A stretch of DNA of 64,000 bases. It comes from an uncultured Candidatus Saccharibacteria bacterium (GTDB taxonomy: Bacteria > Patescibacteriota > Minisyncoccia > Phycocordibacterales > UBA9973). Below, piece by piece: positions 30,128-39,694 of this stretch (position 1 is the first letter of the stretch; the number at the start of each line of letters is the position of its first letter). The stretch spans positions 4,809 to 68,808 of the forward strand of contig CAYHBR010000003.1 of the NCBI GenBank assembly GCA_964354985.1. Reading direction: 5' to 3'. The notes under the pieces are model-generated. The model ran no database searches. It was not told where the DNA came from and was given only the letters and a program-made list of their open reading frames with translations. A program made the position numbers and the translations under genes.

Positions 30128-30290
30128 GAAAAACCCATTTGAACCATCGCTTCGTACTCATAAATTGTCTGGCAAACTTGATTCTTTCTGGTCATTCTCT
30201 ATTTCACACAGTCATCGAATAATTTTTGAGTTTGAGTCAAAAGATATGGTTTACTTTCATTCAGTTGGCGACCATGATATTTATCTATAA
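30087..30290 (+). pseudogene. RelE/ParE-superfamily (YoeB-like) toxin remnant lacking N-terminus and canonical start
   Basis: The open frame reads ...KEKLFRKNPFEPSLRTHKLSGKLDSFWSFSISHSHRIIFEFESKDMVYFHSVGDHDIYL. It parallels the YoeB C-terminal half (TPFEG...NLSGFWSRRITEEHRLVY...). There is no in-frame ATG/GTG/TTG before codon ~26, and the frame closes at 30084. Confidence 0.4.
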
Positions 30291-30337
30291 ATTAACTTTT
30301 TTGACAAAATAACCTCTTCCCCGTAAACTGGGGCGGT

Positions 30338-31387
30338 ATGTTAAAAAAAACCAACAAATTAGACAAATCAATGGTGGAAATGCTTTTCGAAGTACCCGCT
30401 GAAGTTTGGGTTGCTCGCGAAACCGAAGCAGTTGAATTTCTCGGTAAAGATATCGAGCTAGATGGTTTTCGAAAAGGCAAAGCACCGATAGAGGTTCTCA
30501 GTAAGCACCTTCCAGAAATAATGATTCTCGAAAAGATGGCGGAGCTCGTCATTTCGGAAATGTATCCGAAACATGTTGCTGAAGAAAAAATCCCAGCTAT
30601 CGGTCACCCGGAAGTTTCGATCACCAAACTCGCTCGTGGAAATGCGCTTGAGTTTACAGTGAAAACTGCCGTTATTCCTGAAGTTACTCTTCCTGACTAC
30701 AAAAAAATCGCCAAAGAAGAATGGAAAAACGAAAGCGAGGAAGTAACTGATGCGGATATTGAAAGCGCGATAAAAGATATCCAAAAGATGCGTGCTCATC
30801 AACAAATGCACGATTCTGCTATTCCACACCAATCTCACGATCACAAAGAAATCGCCGACGCAGATTTACCAGAACTTACAGATGAATATATAAAAACTAT
30901 TGGCAAATTTGAAACTGTTGCCGAGTTTAAGGAAAAACTGCTGGAAAATCTAAAAACAGAAAAGAGTGTCGAGAATAAAAACAAAAACCGTTCAAAGATT
31001 GTCGAACGTATTTCCGCAGAAACAAAAGTCGAAGTACCCGATATTCTTGTCGAGTCAGAACTTGGAAAAATGTTAATGCAACTAAAGGAAACAATCGAAC
31101 GTGCTGGAATGTCTTTTGATGATTACAGTAAGCACATCGGAAAAACTGAAGACGAAATGAAAAAAGATTTTGAACCTGATGCAAAAAAGCGCGCAATTAT
31201 GGAACTAGCACTTTTTGAGATAGGGAAAAAAGAAAATCTAAATCCTACTGAAGAAATTGTAAACATTGAAGTAGACAAATTACTCGCACAGTATCCAGGT
31301 GCCGACCGCAATCGCGCCATCGCATATATAGAACAAGTGATGACAAACGAAGCTGTTTTTGAATTTCTTGAAAAAAGCGTTTCGTAA
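30338..31387 (+). CDS. tig: Trigger factor lacking the FKBP-type PPIase domain
   Basis: GFRKGKAPIEV and TDADIESAIKDIQKMRA match the trigger-factor N-domain and linker. At 349 aa it is ~85 aa short, and no PPIase segment is recognisable. Confidence 0.8.
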   Translation: MLKKTNKLDKSMVEMLFEVPAEVWVARETEAVEFLGKDIELDGFRKGKAPIEVLSKHLPEIMILEKMAELVISEMYPKHVAEEKIPAIGHPEVSITKLARGNALEFTVKTAVIPEVTLPDYKKIAKEEWKNESEEVTDADIESAIKDIQKMRAHQQMHDSAIPHQSHDHKEIADADLPELTDEYIKTIGKFETVAEFKEKLLENLKTEKSVENKNKNRSKIVERISAETKVEVPDILVESELGKMLMQLKETIERAGMSFDDYSKHIGKTEDEMKKDFEPDAKKRAIMELALFEIGKKENLNPTEEIVNIEVDKLLAQYPGADRNRAIAYIEQVMTNEAVFEFLEKSVS

Positions 31388-31474
31388 AATTCCAAATAAT
31401 TTGTTTGAGAAAAAATCACGCAGAAAAATAGTCAAGAACTACCAAGAGACAGCCTCCTCTGCTATAATAGCCCT

Positions 31475-32065
31475 ATGAATATTTTAATCCCAACAGTTAT
31501 CGAAAAATCAAGCCTAGGCGAGCGTGCATACGACATTTACTCACGACTTTTACGTGATCGCATCATTTTCCTCTCAGGCGTTATCGACGACCACACGGCA
31601 AATATCGTAATAGCCCAGCTTCTTTTCCTTGAAAACGAAGACCCGAAAAAGGACATCAAACTTTACATAAATTCCCCTGGTGGTTCGGTTTCGGCTGCAA
31701 TGGCTATGTATGACACTATGAACCACATCAAGCCTGATGTTTCGACCATCTGTGTCGGAATGGCTGCTTCTTCGGCGGCATTTTTACTGTCTTCTGGTGC
31801 CAAAGGAAAGAGACTTGCCCTACCAAATGCTGAAGTTATGATTCACCAAGTAATGGGTGGCGCCGAAGGTCAGGCCTCCGACATTGAAATAGCTGCTCGT
31901 CACATTCTCCGTACAAAAGACAAACTCAATAAAATCTTGGCAAAAAATACTGGCAAACCACTTGATCAAGTCGAAAAGGACTCCGACCGCGACTACTTTA
32001 TGTCTGCCGAAGAAGCCAAAAAATACGGCCTCATCGACGAGATTGTTAGAGAAAAGAAAAAGTAG
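31475..32065 (+). CDS. clpP: ATP-dependent Clp protease proteolytic subunit
   Basis: 196 aa, ...[20 protein letters not shown]...[13 protein letters not shown]...MIHQVMGG with the Ser-His-Asp triad. Confidence 0.95.
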   Translation: MNILIPTVIEKSSLGERAYDIYSRLLRDRIIFLSGVIDDHTANIVIAQLLFLENEDPKKDIKLYINSPGGSVSAAMAMYDTMNHIKPDVSTICVGMAASSAAFLLSSGAKGKRLALPNAEVMIHQVMGGAEGQASDIEIAARHILRTKDKLNKILAKNTGKPLDQVEKDSDRDYFMSAEEAKKYGLIDEIVREKKK

Positions 32066-32239
32066 CAACCAACGACACATTGCTGTTTGTAGATTTCTGT
32101 GGTATTTTAAGTTTGGTAATTTAAATTTAATTTGTCCCAGAATTCTCCCATGACCGGCATCATTTCTAAGAAATTTGTAGCTTATCTCGCAGTGCACTGG
32201 CACCGTGATTTTTTGGCGTTTTCAGGACTATAAAAATAT

Positions 32240-33760
32240 ATGAACATAGGAGTATATATACTCGCCGCGGTAATCGTGGGCGTGGCAGTCGGCTACTATC
32301 TTCGCCTTATCATTTCGCTTGGCAAAAAAGGCTCAGTTGATATCGAAATCAAACAACTCGTCCTTTCCGCAAAAGAAGAAGCTACGCGAATAGTTGATGA
32401 AGCCAAGAAGAAAGCTGGTGAAAAAGAAGAAGAAATGCGAGCGCGTGAGATAGAAAAAGAAGGTGAAGAAAAGAAAAAAGAAGACCGACTTATTAAAAAG
32501 GATGAGCTTCTAGATGCTAGGCAAGTTGAAATAGACAAAGAGTCCGAGAACATAAGGGAGCGAGCGGAAGAAATAAAGAAAATAAAAGAAAAAGCCGAAG
32601 GAATGCTTGCCGAGGAAATGTCCAAACTCGCTGGTCTTTCTCGTCTAACCTTGGATGAAGCCAAAGCTGAACTTATGCGAAGGATAGAGGAACAGTCATC
32701 TGAGGATTTTCTCATTCGTATGCAGAAACTTGAGTCTGATAGTGAAGAAAAACTCGAGCGCAGAGCAAAAGATATTCTTGCGACTGTTATCCAGCGTTTT
32801 TCTGGCTCCGTCGCAGCTGAACTTATGACAACATCGGTTAGTATTCCGACAGAAGAAATAAAAGGCAAAGTTATTGGTAAAGAAGGTCGCAACATCCGCG
32901 CTTTTGAAAAAGCCGCTGGAGTTGAGCTTATTGTTGACGATACACCGGGTGCGATAGTTATCTCGGCTCACGATCCAGTACGCAGACAGATAGCTCGTGT
33001 TGCTCTCGAAAACCTCATCATGGATGGTCGTATTCAACCAGCCAAAATAGAAGAAATGGTGGAAAAAGCTCAAGCTGATATCAATAAAATTATTAAAGAA
33101 AAAGGCGAACAAGCTGTGTACGAATGTGGAATATTCAATTTTGATCCACGCCTCGTCGCTATCATCGGTCGTTTGTATTTCCGCACAAGTTACGGTCAAA
33201 ATGTTTTGCAACATTCTATTGAAATGACACATGTCGCTGGCATGCTCGCCGAAGAACTTGGGGCTGATGTGCAGATCGCCAAAGCTGGCGCACTTGTCCA
33301 TGACATCGGCAAGGCACTCGACCATGAAGTTCAAGGTACACACATCGAAATCGGTATTCGTATTTTGCAAAAGTTCGGAGCTGACCCACGCGTTATCGAC
33401 GCGATGAAGTCTCACCACGATGACTATCCTCATGCTTCTATCGAAGCCGTCATCGTCCAGACCGCTGACATGATTTCTGGTAGTCGTCCTGGTGCTCGTC
33501 GTGACTCTGTCGAAAATTATTTGAAGCGACTGCAGGACCTCGAAGCTGTGGCAAAGAGTTTCACCGGTGTCGAAAAATCTTATGCACTCTCAGCTGGTCG
33601 CGAAATCCGCGTCTTTGTCTCCCCTTCTGAGATAAACGACTTGCAAGCCAAAGACCTTGCCCGCGACATCGCCAAGAAAATCGAAGCTGACCTCAAGTAT
33701 CCTGGCGAAATCCGCGTCGTTCTCACTAGAGAAAATAGGATTGTGGAGTTTGCGAGGTAG
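32240..33760 (+). CDS. rny: Ribonuclease Y
   Basis: 506 aa with an N-terminal TM, coiled coil, KH and HD (LVHDIGKALDHE) domains. Confidence 0.9.
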   Translation: MNIGVYILAAVIVGVAVGYYLRLIISLGKKGSVDIEIKQLVLSAKEEATRIVDEAKKKAGEKEEEMRAREIEKEGEEKKKEDRLIKKDELLDARQVEIDKESENIRERAEEIKKIKEKAEGMLAEEMSKLAGLSRLTLDEAKAELMRRIEEQSSEDFLIRMQKLESDSEEKLERRAKDILATVIQRFSGSVAAELMTTSVSIPTEEIKGKVIGKEGRNIRAFEKAAGVELIVDDTPGAIVISAHDPVRRQIARVALENLIMDGRIQPAKIEEMVEKAQADINKIIKEKGEQAVYECGIFNFDPRLVAIIGRLYFRTSYGQNVLQHSIEMTHVAGMLAEELGADVQIAKAGALVHDIGKALDHEVQGTHIEIGIRILQKFGADPRVIDAMKSHHDDYPHASIEAVIVQTADMISGSRPGARRDSVENYLKRLQDLEAVAKSFTGVEKSYALSAGREIRVFVSPSEINDLQAKDLARDIAKKIEADLKYPGEIRVVLTRENRIVEFAR

Positions 33761-33785
33761 GTTTTGCAATAATTAATTTGGTTAA

Positions 33786-33820
33786 TAAAAAAACCACTGG
33801 TAAGTCCAGAGGTTTTTTAT
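33786..33820. terminator. Bidirectional terminator between rny and the SIMPL gene
   Basis: aaaaaa-accactgg-taagt-ccagaggtt-tttt. Confidence 0.55.
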
Positions 33821-33831
33821 ATTTTGACTTA

Positions 33832-34584
33832 TTATTTTATCTCAAAATTCGCTCTCACGGTTATCATGACATCTTTTTCTATAGTTGAAGTGTCGTACGA
33901 ACCATAGTCTTCAACATCAACAGAGTCTGGGCGAAGAAGCTGGACTACACCGGACGAGGCGTTGGCGAGTTTGCTGACTTTGGCTCCCGTTGCACTCGCG
34001 ATAGCCTCGGCGCGGTTTTTGGCATCAGTGATAGCTTTACTCATCAGCGTAACTCGGATAGTCGAGAGTTTTTCGCTCGAATACAGATATTGCGCTTGGT
34101 TTGCCTCAAAGAAGACTCCCCTTTTAACTATTTCTGAGGCATCGTCTGATATTTTCTTAATTTTAGCCAAGTCGCTCGAGGTAACAGTAATATTCTGACG
34201 CAAAATTACACGCTCAGAACTCATCATTCTATTTCCTTTGTCGTCATAGTCGTATTCATTGTAACTAGAAGATGGCTCAATAGAGATTTCTTCATCTGTC
34301 GCACCTTCGGACTTGAGGAAAGTTTTTATCTTTCCAAGGTCTAAAGCAAGCTCAGTATAGCCAGAAGCCATTACGGCGCGAGTAGTTTGCCTAGTCCAAG
34401 AACCAGAGAATTTACCGATGTCGGAACTTACTCGCTCTTTTGCTGAACCAGTGACTGAAATAGTGTTTTCATTTGCTTTTAGGTGACTCACAGCAGTACC
34501 CAAAACAAACAAACCAGCAATGAAAGCCAACCCAAGGACAATCCCAGCTGATACATATGGTCTATCTAAAAAAGTTTTGTTCAT
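33832..34584 (-). CDS. SIMPL-domain (DUF541/YggE-like) protein
   Basis: 250 aa with a TM anchor; ISVTGSAKERVSSD...TVRANFEIK resembles the SIMPL pattern. Confidence 0.7.
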   Translation of the reverse strand: MNKTFLDRPYVSAGIVLGLAFIAGLFVLGTAVSHLKANENTISVTGSAKERVSSDIGKFSGSWTRQTTRAVMASGYTELALDLGKIKTFLKSEGATDEEISIEPSSSYNEYDYDDKGNRMMSSERVILRQNITVTSSDLAKIKKISDDASEIVKRGVFFEANQAQYLYSSEKLSTIRVTLMSKAITDAKNRAEAIASATGAKVSKLANASSGVVQLLRPDSVDVEDYGSYDTSTIEKDVMITVRANFEIK

Positions 34585-34728
34585 AATAATGAAACTTGTA
34601 AATTAATATTACTTAAATTATATACCTCGTTATGATTTGTTCAAAATCAACCGTTAAAGCAATCGGTAATAAAAAAATCGCAGGCCATTTTGTGGACCTG
34701 CGAAATAATTATTTAAACCAAATAGATT

Positions 34729-35148
34729 TTATTTCGTCTGTGCTATTTTACTTTTATTTACATAAAAAAGAAAAATAACATAAACAAGTAGAGCTAAGCT
34801 AGAGGCAATAAGGAACAAATACGCATATGATTCTATTTTCGAACCAATATGGCAGTAGTAATGTTTCTTAACTGCAAGAAAGAAAACTGCTCCTACAAAA
34901 TTGGCAAAAGGTAATATCGCGTATCGCATTGTTTCATTTTTATCTAAGGTGGAAGCAGTAGAAGCTACCAATAGAATAAAAAGAGAAACAATCATACTCG
35001 TTGCCAAAAGTGGTGGCACATAGATTTGGTCTGGCTTACCTGAAAGGTAAATACAGCCAAGCACCAGCATTATTATCAACCAGATAGGTAATATGTGGTC
35101 AATAAAAGAAAGGAACTTTTTTACGACAAGATCTTTTTTCATAATCAT
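34729..35148 (-). CDS. Hypothetical integral membrane protein
   Basis: 139 aa with four predicted TM helices. Confidence 0.5.
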   Translation of the reverse strand: MIMKKDLVVKKFLSFIDHILPIWLIIMLVLGCIYLSGKPDQIYVPPLLATSMIVSLFILLVASTASTLDKNETMRYAILPFANFVGAVFFLAVKKHYYCHIGSKIESYAYLFLIASSLALLVYVIFLFYVNKSKIAQTK

Positions 35149-35351
35149 TTTGGGTTTTTTTGAGTTATATTTAGAACTATTCTTTATTATATTAGCATAA
35201 ATGGCAAATTTGTCAAACTTGCCCTAATAAACCCTTACGGTATAATACTTTTTAAGGAGCTATTTGTTTTGTCCTATCCAAAACATTTGGTTTGAGTCGA
35301 AATTTAGCAATATAGCTTCCGGCCAGCGCTATGCGTGGTGTCGGACAGAGT

Positions 35352-35624
35352 ATGAATAAACAAGACATGGTTGAGTGGATTCATGGCAAAATCGGCGGTA
35401 CAAAAGTACAAGCTGAAGAAATCATGAATGGCCTCCTAGATGCTATAGTTGGAACCCTAAAGAAGGGCGAAGAGGTATCTATCGCAGGTCTCGGGATTTT
35501 CTCTGTAAAGCCTCGCGCTGCGCGAATGGCTCGCAATCCGAAAACCGGAGCGCAAGTCAGTGTTCCCGCAACAAAAGTGCCAAAGTTCAGAGCCGCAAAA
35601 GCTTTGAAGGACGCTGTAAAATAA
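35352..35624 (+). CDS. hup: HU-family DNA-binding protein
   Basis: MNKQDMVEWI...GLGIFSVKPRAARMARNPKTGAQVSVPATKVPKFRAAKALKDAV is canonical HU. Confidence 0.88.
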   Translation: MNKQDMVEWIHGKIGGTKVQAEEIMNGLLDAIVGTLKKGEEVSIAGLGIFSVKPRAARMARNPKTGAQVSVPATKVPKFRAAKALKDAVK

Positions 35625-35635
35625 GGCTATTAAGT

Positions 35636-35665
35636 AAAAAACCCTCCAGCTGGAGGGTTTTTTAC
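35636..35665 (+). terminator. Intrinsic terminator after hup
   Basis: accctcc-agct-ggagggt-tttttt. Confidence 0.7.
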
Positions 35666-35739
35666 TTGCCAAATCACAGATATTATCGTATTATGACAAT
35701 CCGAATAAGCAGTTCCTTAACCAATTAAATACCAAAACT

Positions 35740-36138
35740 ATGGCAGAAAATCACTCCAATCCCCCATCCAACCCCCTTTGCATTACGCTAATGTCAAACA
35801 GCGTAACCGCACTTAGCTACAAAGAACAATTTAGCAGAGAAAAATTTGTAGGCTTTGATTTTATCTCAAGCAATACTGTTGGAGAATTTATTTCAGTGGT
35901 GGAAAATAACAATGCTAAAGGCATTATTATCGATCCGATTACAATTGCTTCTTTAAACCCCACCAACCACGAGCGCAAAAAGATTGTTTCAATCGCAAAA
36001 TCATTTGGTTGCGGAAAAGTCCAATTTGCTCACTTTACGATTCCGAACAACGGAAATGTAAGCCCAAACGAATTAAGTCGCTGGCGAAAGTATGCATACG
36101 AGCTATCCGAAGAACTAAGGCCTCTCATAGAGCCTTAA
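35740..36138 (+). CDS. Hypothetical protein
   Basis: 132-aa ORF with no recognisable motifs. Confidence 0.42.
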   Translation: MAENHSNPPSNPLCITLMSNSVTALSYKEQFSREKFVGFDFISSNTVGEFISVVENNNAKGIIIDPITIASLNPTNHERKKIVSIAKSFGCGKVQFAHFTIPNNGNVSPNELSRWRKYAYELSEELRPLIEP

Positions 36139-36187
36139 CAAAGTTTAGAAACCGCCTTATACCATATGATTGTGTGTATCGCAGAAG

Positions 36188-36215
36188 AGTCTTTTCTAGA
36201 CTCTTTTTTTATTAC
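36188..36215 (+). terminator. Intrinsic terminator
   Basis: agagtc-ttttctag-gactct-ttttttt. Confidence 0.5.
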
Positions 36216-36234
36216 TCAAAATCCCTCTTTGTAG

Positions 36235-36305
36235 TCGGGGTGCCGGGAATCGAACCCGGCCCTTATGTTCCCAAAACATATATACTACCGATATACTACA
36301 CCCCG
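36235..36305 (-). tRNA. tRNA-Pro (anticodon TGG)
   Basis: Cloverleaf on the minus strand. Acceptor CGGGGTG/CACCCCG. Anticodon stem TATGT/ACATA with loop TTTGGGA. T-arm CCGGG-TTCGATT-CCCGG. Discriminator A. CCA is not encoded. Confidence 0.8.
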
Positions 36306-36387
36306 AAAATTGCTTCCCTATACTAACACAAATTTTACTTTAAATAAAACGGTCAAATAAATAAGCACAAAACGGCTTAAAATATGC

Positions 36388-36416
36388 ATAAAAAAACGGC
36401 CTTGAGTAGGCCGTTT
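36388..36416 (-). terminator. Intrinsic terminator downstream of the 36452-37123 ORF
   Basis: acggcc-ttgagta-ggccgt, with a T-run on the minus strand. Confidence 0.5.
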
Positions 36417-36451
36417 CACTTCCCTGCTGTCTAGGTAGGTTTTAATCGTTC

Positions 36452-37123
36452 TTAACTTAGCTCTAGTGCCAATATCAATTCCTCTGAGTAGTCAGAAATT
36501 GTTCTCTCTGAGAAACCAGAATCGTCATTGTTGAACTCCTCATTTAAATGAGAAGTTATCTCATTTTCTCTAGCCTTGTTAATCAATGGCAGAATTTCAG
36601 CTCTTTTTGTTTTATGAGGAGAAATAGACACGCCAGAATGATTGATTATGACTTCCTCAAACTCATCCAAGCTTACTAAGAAGAAATTTTCCAAAGTCTT
36701 GTAAAGATCAGCCTTGTCGGTATTCTTCAAAATTCTAGCCTCTTTTTCTCTTTTAACACAATGGTCAAAAGGTTCTGTTTGGCTTTCCTTCATCTTTCCA
36801 TCCAAGAATATCAGCGTCCAAAGCATCGAACTGAATACTTCCCTTTTGTTTGAAAGGTTTTCTTTTTCCAGAATTAATTTAATCCGGTGATGGATCTCTC
36901 TAATTCTAGAGTTCAATTTTTCACAGTACAAACTGTTCTTTTCCAAAACTAGCCCGGCGCTTGTCTTTGAGATAGTGCCGACTACACTTTGTTTTTGTTT
37001 TTCTTTCAAGTAGCAGTCGAGTGCCTTGTAAAGATTGGATACTTCCTCGCGGATACTGATTTTCCGCGTTGATTTTGACTTTTTTAACCTGATAGGTTGG
37101 TCAATAATGCTTTCTTTTGCCAT
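36452..37123 (-). CDS. Hypothetical protein
   Basis: 223-aa charged ORF with no family recognised. Confidence 0.5.
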   Translation of the reverse strand: MAKESIIDQPIRLKKSKSTRKISIREEVSNLYKALDCYLKEKQKQSVVGTISKTSAGLVLEKNSLYCEKLNSRIREIHHRIKLILEKENLSNKREVFSSMLWTLIFLDGKMKESQTEPFDHCVKREKEARILKNTDKADLYKTLENFFLVSLDEFEEVIINHSGVSISPHKTKRAEILPLINKARENEITSHLNEEFNNDDSGFSERTISDYSEELILALELS

Positions 37124-37181
37124 AATATTTAATTTTAAACTGTTTAACTTTTCTCAATACTACAAACAATACGACCGCTTG

Positions 37182-37565
37182 TCAATACAAACATTCTAGA
37201 TGTCTGATATAAGCTTTCTTCATCTTTCTGTCGTATTCTATAGCTAGCGCATCTATCTGCCACTGGATACTTTCCCCGATCTTTTTTGTGTCTACATAGA
37301 CCAAGCATGTCCTGGCTAATTTTTTGATTTTATTTTTATGTAAGTTGTCCTCGGGTCGTAAAAATGGCTTTTCTCCCTTATAAATACAGGTTTTTACCTC
37401 CACGAACCTGATAATTCCATCCTTTTCCGCAACTATATCGATTTCACCGCATTTTCTAGTAAAATTTCGCTCAATTATGGAAAAACCCTTATTTTGTAAG
37501 TACTTGCAAGCTATATTCTCCCCTATTTGTCCTATTTTCTGTGTTTTTGATGTGAATTGTTTCAT
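37182..37565 (-). CDS. yraN: YraN-family (UPF0102) predicted endonuclease
   Basis: IGQIGENIACKYLQNKGFSIIERNFTRKCGEIDIVAEKDGIIRFVEVKT matches the YraN signature. The start is chosen at the Met preceding the conserved core. Confidence 0.7.
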   Translation of the reverse strand: MKQFTSKTQKIGQIGENIACKYLQNKGFSIIERNFTRKCGEIDIVAEKDGIIRFVEVKTCIYKGEKPFLRPEDNLHKNKIKKLARTCLVYVDTKKIGESIQWQIDALAIEYDRKMKKAYIRHLECLY

Positions 37566-37746
37566 GTGAAAATAATACAGGGATAACATTAATTCCTCAT
37601 CAATTAAACATAAATTCAGTCTAAAGTTGTCCTTTATCAACAATATACACAGAGTTATCCACAGTTTTTGCGTATTTTACCTATATTTTATAAGTAATCC
37701 GCATATATAAATAGAACGAAAAGTAGAATTGTTAATAACTTATTTG

Positions 37747-37817
37747 TGCGGGTAGGGAGAATCGAACTCCCGTCTCATCCTTGGCAAGGACGTGTTCTAC
37801 CACTAAACCATACCCGC
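37747..37817 (-). tRNA. tRNA-Gly (anticodon GCC)
   Basis: GCGGGTA acceptor. Anticodon stem CGTCC/GGATG with loop TTGCCAA. T-arm GGGAG-TTCGATT-CTCCC. CCA is not encoded. Confidence 0.85.
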
Positions 37818-37962
37818 AAATTTATCCAACATACAAAAACGTGCGATTATTATACTCATTCCACACTTATTTTGCAATGATTATTGGCCTTATTCTTTTA
37901 CAATTAACCGATATAATGCTATTTTATCAGTATTAGTTACAAATAATAGTAATCAATTTAAA

Positions 37963-38034
37963 GCACTCATGGTGAAATGGATATCACAACAGTCTTCGGA
38001 ACTGTCGTTGGGGGTTCGAATCCCTCTGGGTGCA
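37963..38034 (+). tRNA. tRNA-Arg (anticodon TCG)
   Basis: Acceptor GCACTCA/TGGGTGC with one G-U pair. D-arm GTGA/TCAC. Anticodon stem ACAGT/ACTGT with loop CTTCGGA. T-loop TTCGAAT. CCA is not encoded. Confidence 0.8.
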
Positions 38035-38047
38035 CATATAGTTTCAT

Positions 38048-39613
38048 ATGAAACAAGATCTAATAAAATCTGAGATGGTACCAAAATACGTTACACATGT
38101 AACGGACACCCTACAAAATAAGGGTTTTGAAGCATATATTGTCGGTGGCTGTGTCAGAGACCTCATTATTGGAAGGGAACCCAGAGATTGGGATGTAACT
38201 ACGAATGCAAAGCCTGATGAGGTTCAATCTTTGTTTGAGAAAACTGTTTACGAAAATCGCTTTGGCACTGTTGCTGTCTGTATTATTAAGGACTTGGTTG
38301 ATAAAAATGACACCAACGACTCTAAAAACCCAGCAGATACACAAGACTCAGCAGAAACCAAAGGCTTGGCAAAGGAAAAATATAACATTGTTGAAGTCAC
38401 GACATACAGAAAAGAAGCTGGCTATACTGATAATCGTCATCCTGACACAATAGAATATGCAACAAAGCTAGAGGAAGATCTCGAAAGAAGGGACTTTACA
38501 ATAAATGCAATGGCGTATGATATTTCTAAAGGACAACTAAAGGACATATACGGCGGTTTAAAGGACATTGAGGATAAAATAATACGAACAGTAGGGAAGC
38601 CGGACGAACGCTTCTCTGAGGACTCCCTGCGCATCCTACGAGCAATTAGGTTCTCGTGCGAGCTTGGCTTTGCTGTTTCATATGAAACACTTGAAGCGAT
38701 TTCACGCCACTCAAGTAACCTAAAAGGAGTATCCGCTGAAAGAATCCGCGACGAATTCGTAAAAATAGTAATGTCTTCTGATCCAATGTCTGGAATAGCT
38801 ATGATGGTGAAGCTAGGGGTGAATAAATATGTGGTACCAGAACTTGAGGAAGGTGTCGGTTGTGAGCAGAAAGGAGAACATATTTACGATGTTTTTGAAC
38901 ATATTCTTCATGCGCTCGGTCACTCTGCCGAGAAAAACTGGCCTCTAGACATAAGACTTTCTGCCTTGTTTCACGACATAGGGAAGCCACCAACAAGACG
39001 CTGGGACGCAACAAAAGCAGGAGGGAAGGGTAAATATACTTTTTTTGGTCACGAGGTTGTTGGGGCAAGAACTGTAAAAAAGATAATGGAGCGCCTAAAA
39101 TTTTCACGTGAAATGATAGAGAAAGTAAGCAAACTAGTAAGATACCACATGTTTTTTTCTGACACTGAGACAATTACTCTATCTGCTGTCCGCAGAACCA
39201 TTGTAAATGTTGGCAGGGAAAATATCTGGGACCTGATGAAAGTCAGAGAATGCGACAGAGTAGGAATGAAAAAGAGGGAAGCGCCGTTTCGCCTACGTAA
39301 GTACCACGCGATGATAGAAGAAGCTTTGCGTGCACCAACCTCTGTGGGTATGCTGAAAATTGATGGTAAATTCTTGATTGAAACGTTACACATGAAACCC
39401 GGACCAAGAATGGGTTGGATTTTGAATGCCTTGCTTGAGGAATGTCTTGAAGATGATGCGAAAAATGAAACGGGGAACCTTAAAAATAGGGCACTTGAGC
39501 TTGATAATCTATCGGACAAGGAACTTAGAGACCTAGGTATTTCAGGGAAATCAGCAAAAGAAGATAAGGAGAAGGCTGAGCTTAACGAAATTAGAAAAAA
39601 ACACGGGGTATAA
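38048..39613 (+). CDS. cca: CCA-adding tRNA nucleotidyltransferase (poly(A) polymerase head domain + HD domain)
   Basis: YIVGGCVRDLIIGREPRDWDVTTNA head-domain motif and LFHDIGKP HD motif; 521 aa with a C-terminal extension. Confidence 0.8.
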   Translation: MKQDLIKSEMVPKYVTHVTDTLQNKGFEAYIVGGCVRDLIIGREPRDWDVTTNAKPDEVQSLFEKTVYENRFGTVAVCIIKDLVDKNDTNDSKNPADTQDSAETKGLAKEKYNIVEVTTYRKEAGYTDNRHPDTIEYATKLEEDLERRDFTINAMAYDISKGQLKDIYGGLKDIEDKIIRTVGKPDERFSEDSLRILRAIRFSCELGFAVSYETLEAISRHSSNLKGVSAERIRDEFVKIVMSSDPMSGIAMMVKLGVNKYVVPELEEGVGCEQKGEHIYDVFEHILHALGHSAEKNWPLDIRLSALFHDIGKPPTRRWDATKAGGKGKYTFFGHEVVGARTVKKIMERLKFSREMIEKVSKLVRYHMFFSDTETITLSAVRRTIVNVGRENIWDLMKVRECDRVGMKKREAPFRLRKYHAMIEEALRAPTSVGMLKIDGKFLIETLHMKPGPRMGWILNALLEECLEDDAKNETGNLKNRALELDNLSDKELRDLGISGKSAKEDKEKAELNEIRKKHGV

Positions 39614-39694
39614 AAAAACACGCCGTAATAAAACGACGTGCATGATGTGGGCATATATGTACCCTGGGTATTGCAAAGCTGACGATACATTACG

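Noticed and set aside
32296-33433. Long antisense ORFs (199 aa and 245 aa) within rny
   Set aside because: They lie opposite a clearly conserved RNase Y coding sequence. The Ser/Arg-rich translations are characteristic of antisense shadows of a Glu/Lys-rich gene.
37655-37845. DnaA-box-like motifs (TTATCCACA at ~37663; TTATCCAAC at ~37833) in the AT-rich spacer around tRNA-Gly, as a possible oriC
   Set aside because: There is only one perfect box and one one-mismatch box, no cluster. No dnaA or dnaN is nearby, and no AT-rich 13-mer DUE could be recognised. This is more likely chance in low-GC DNA.
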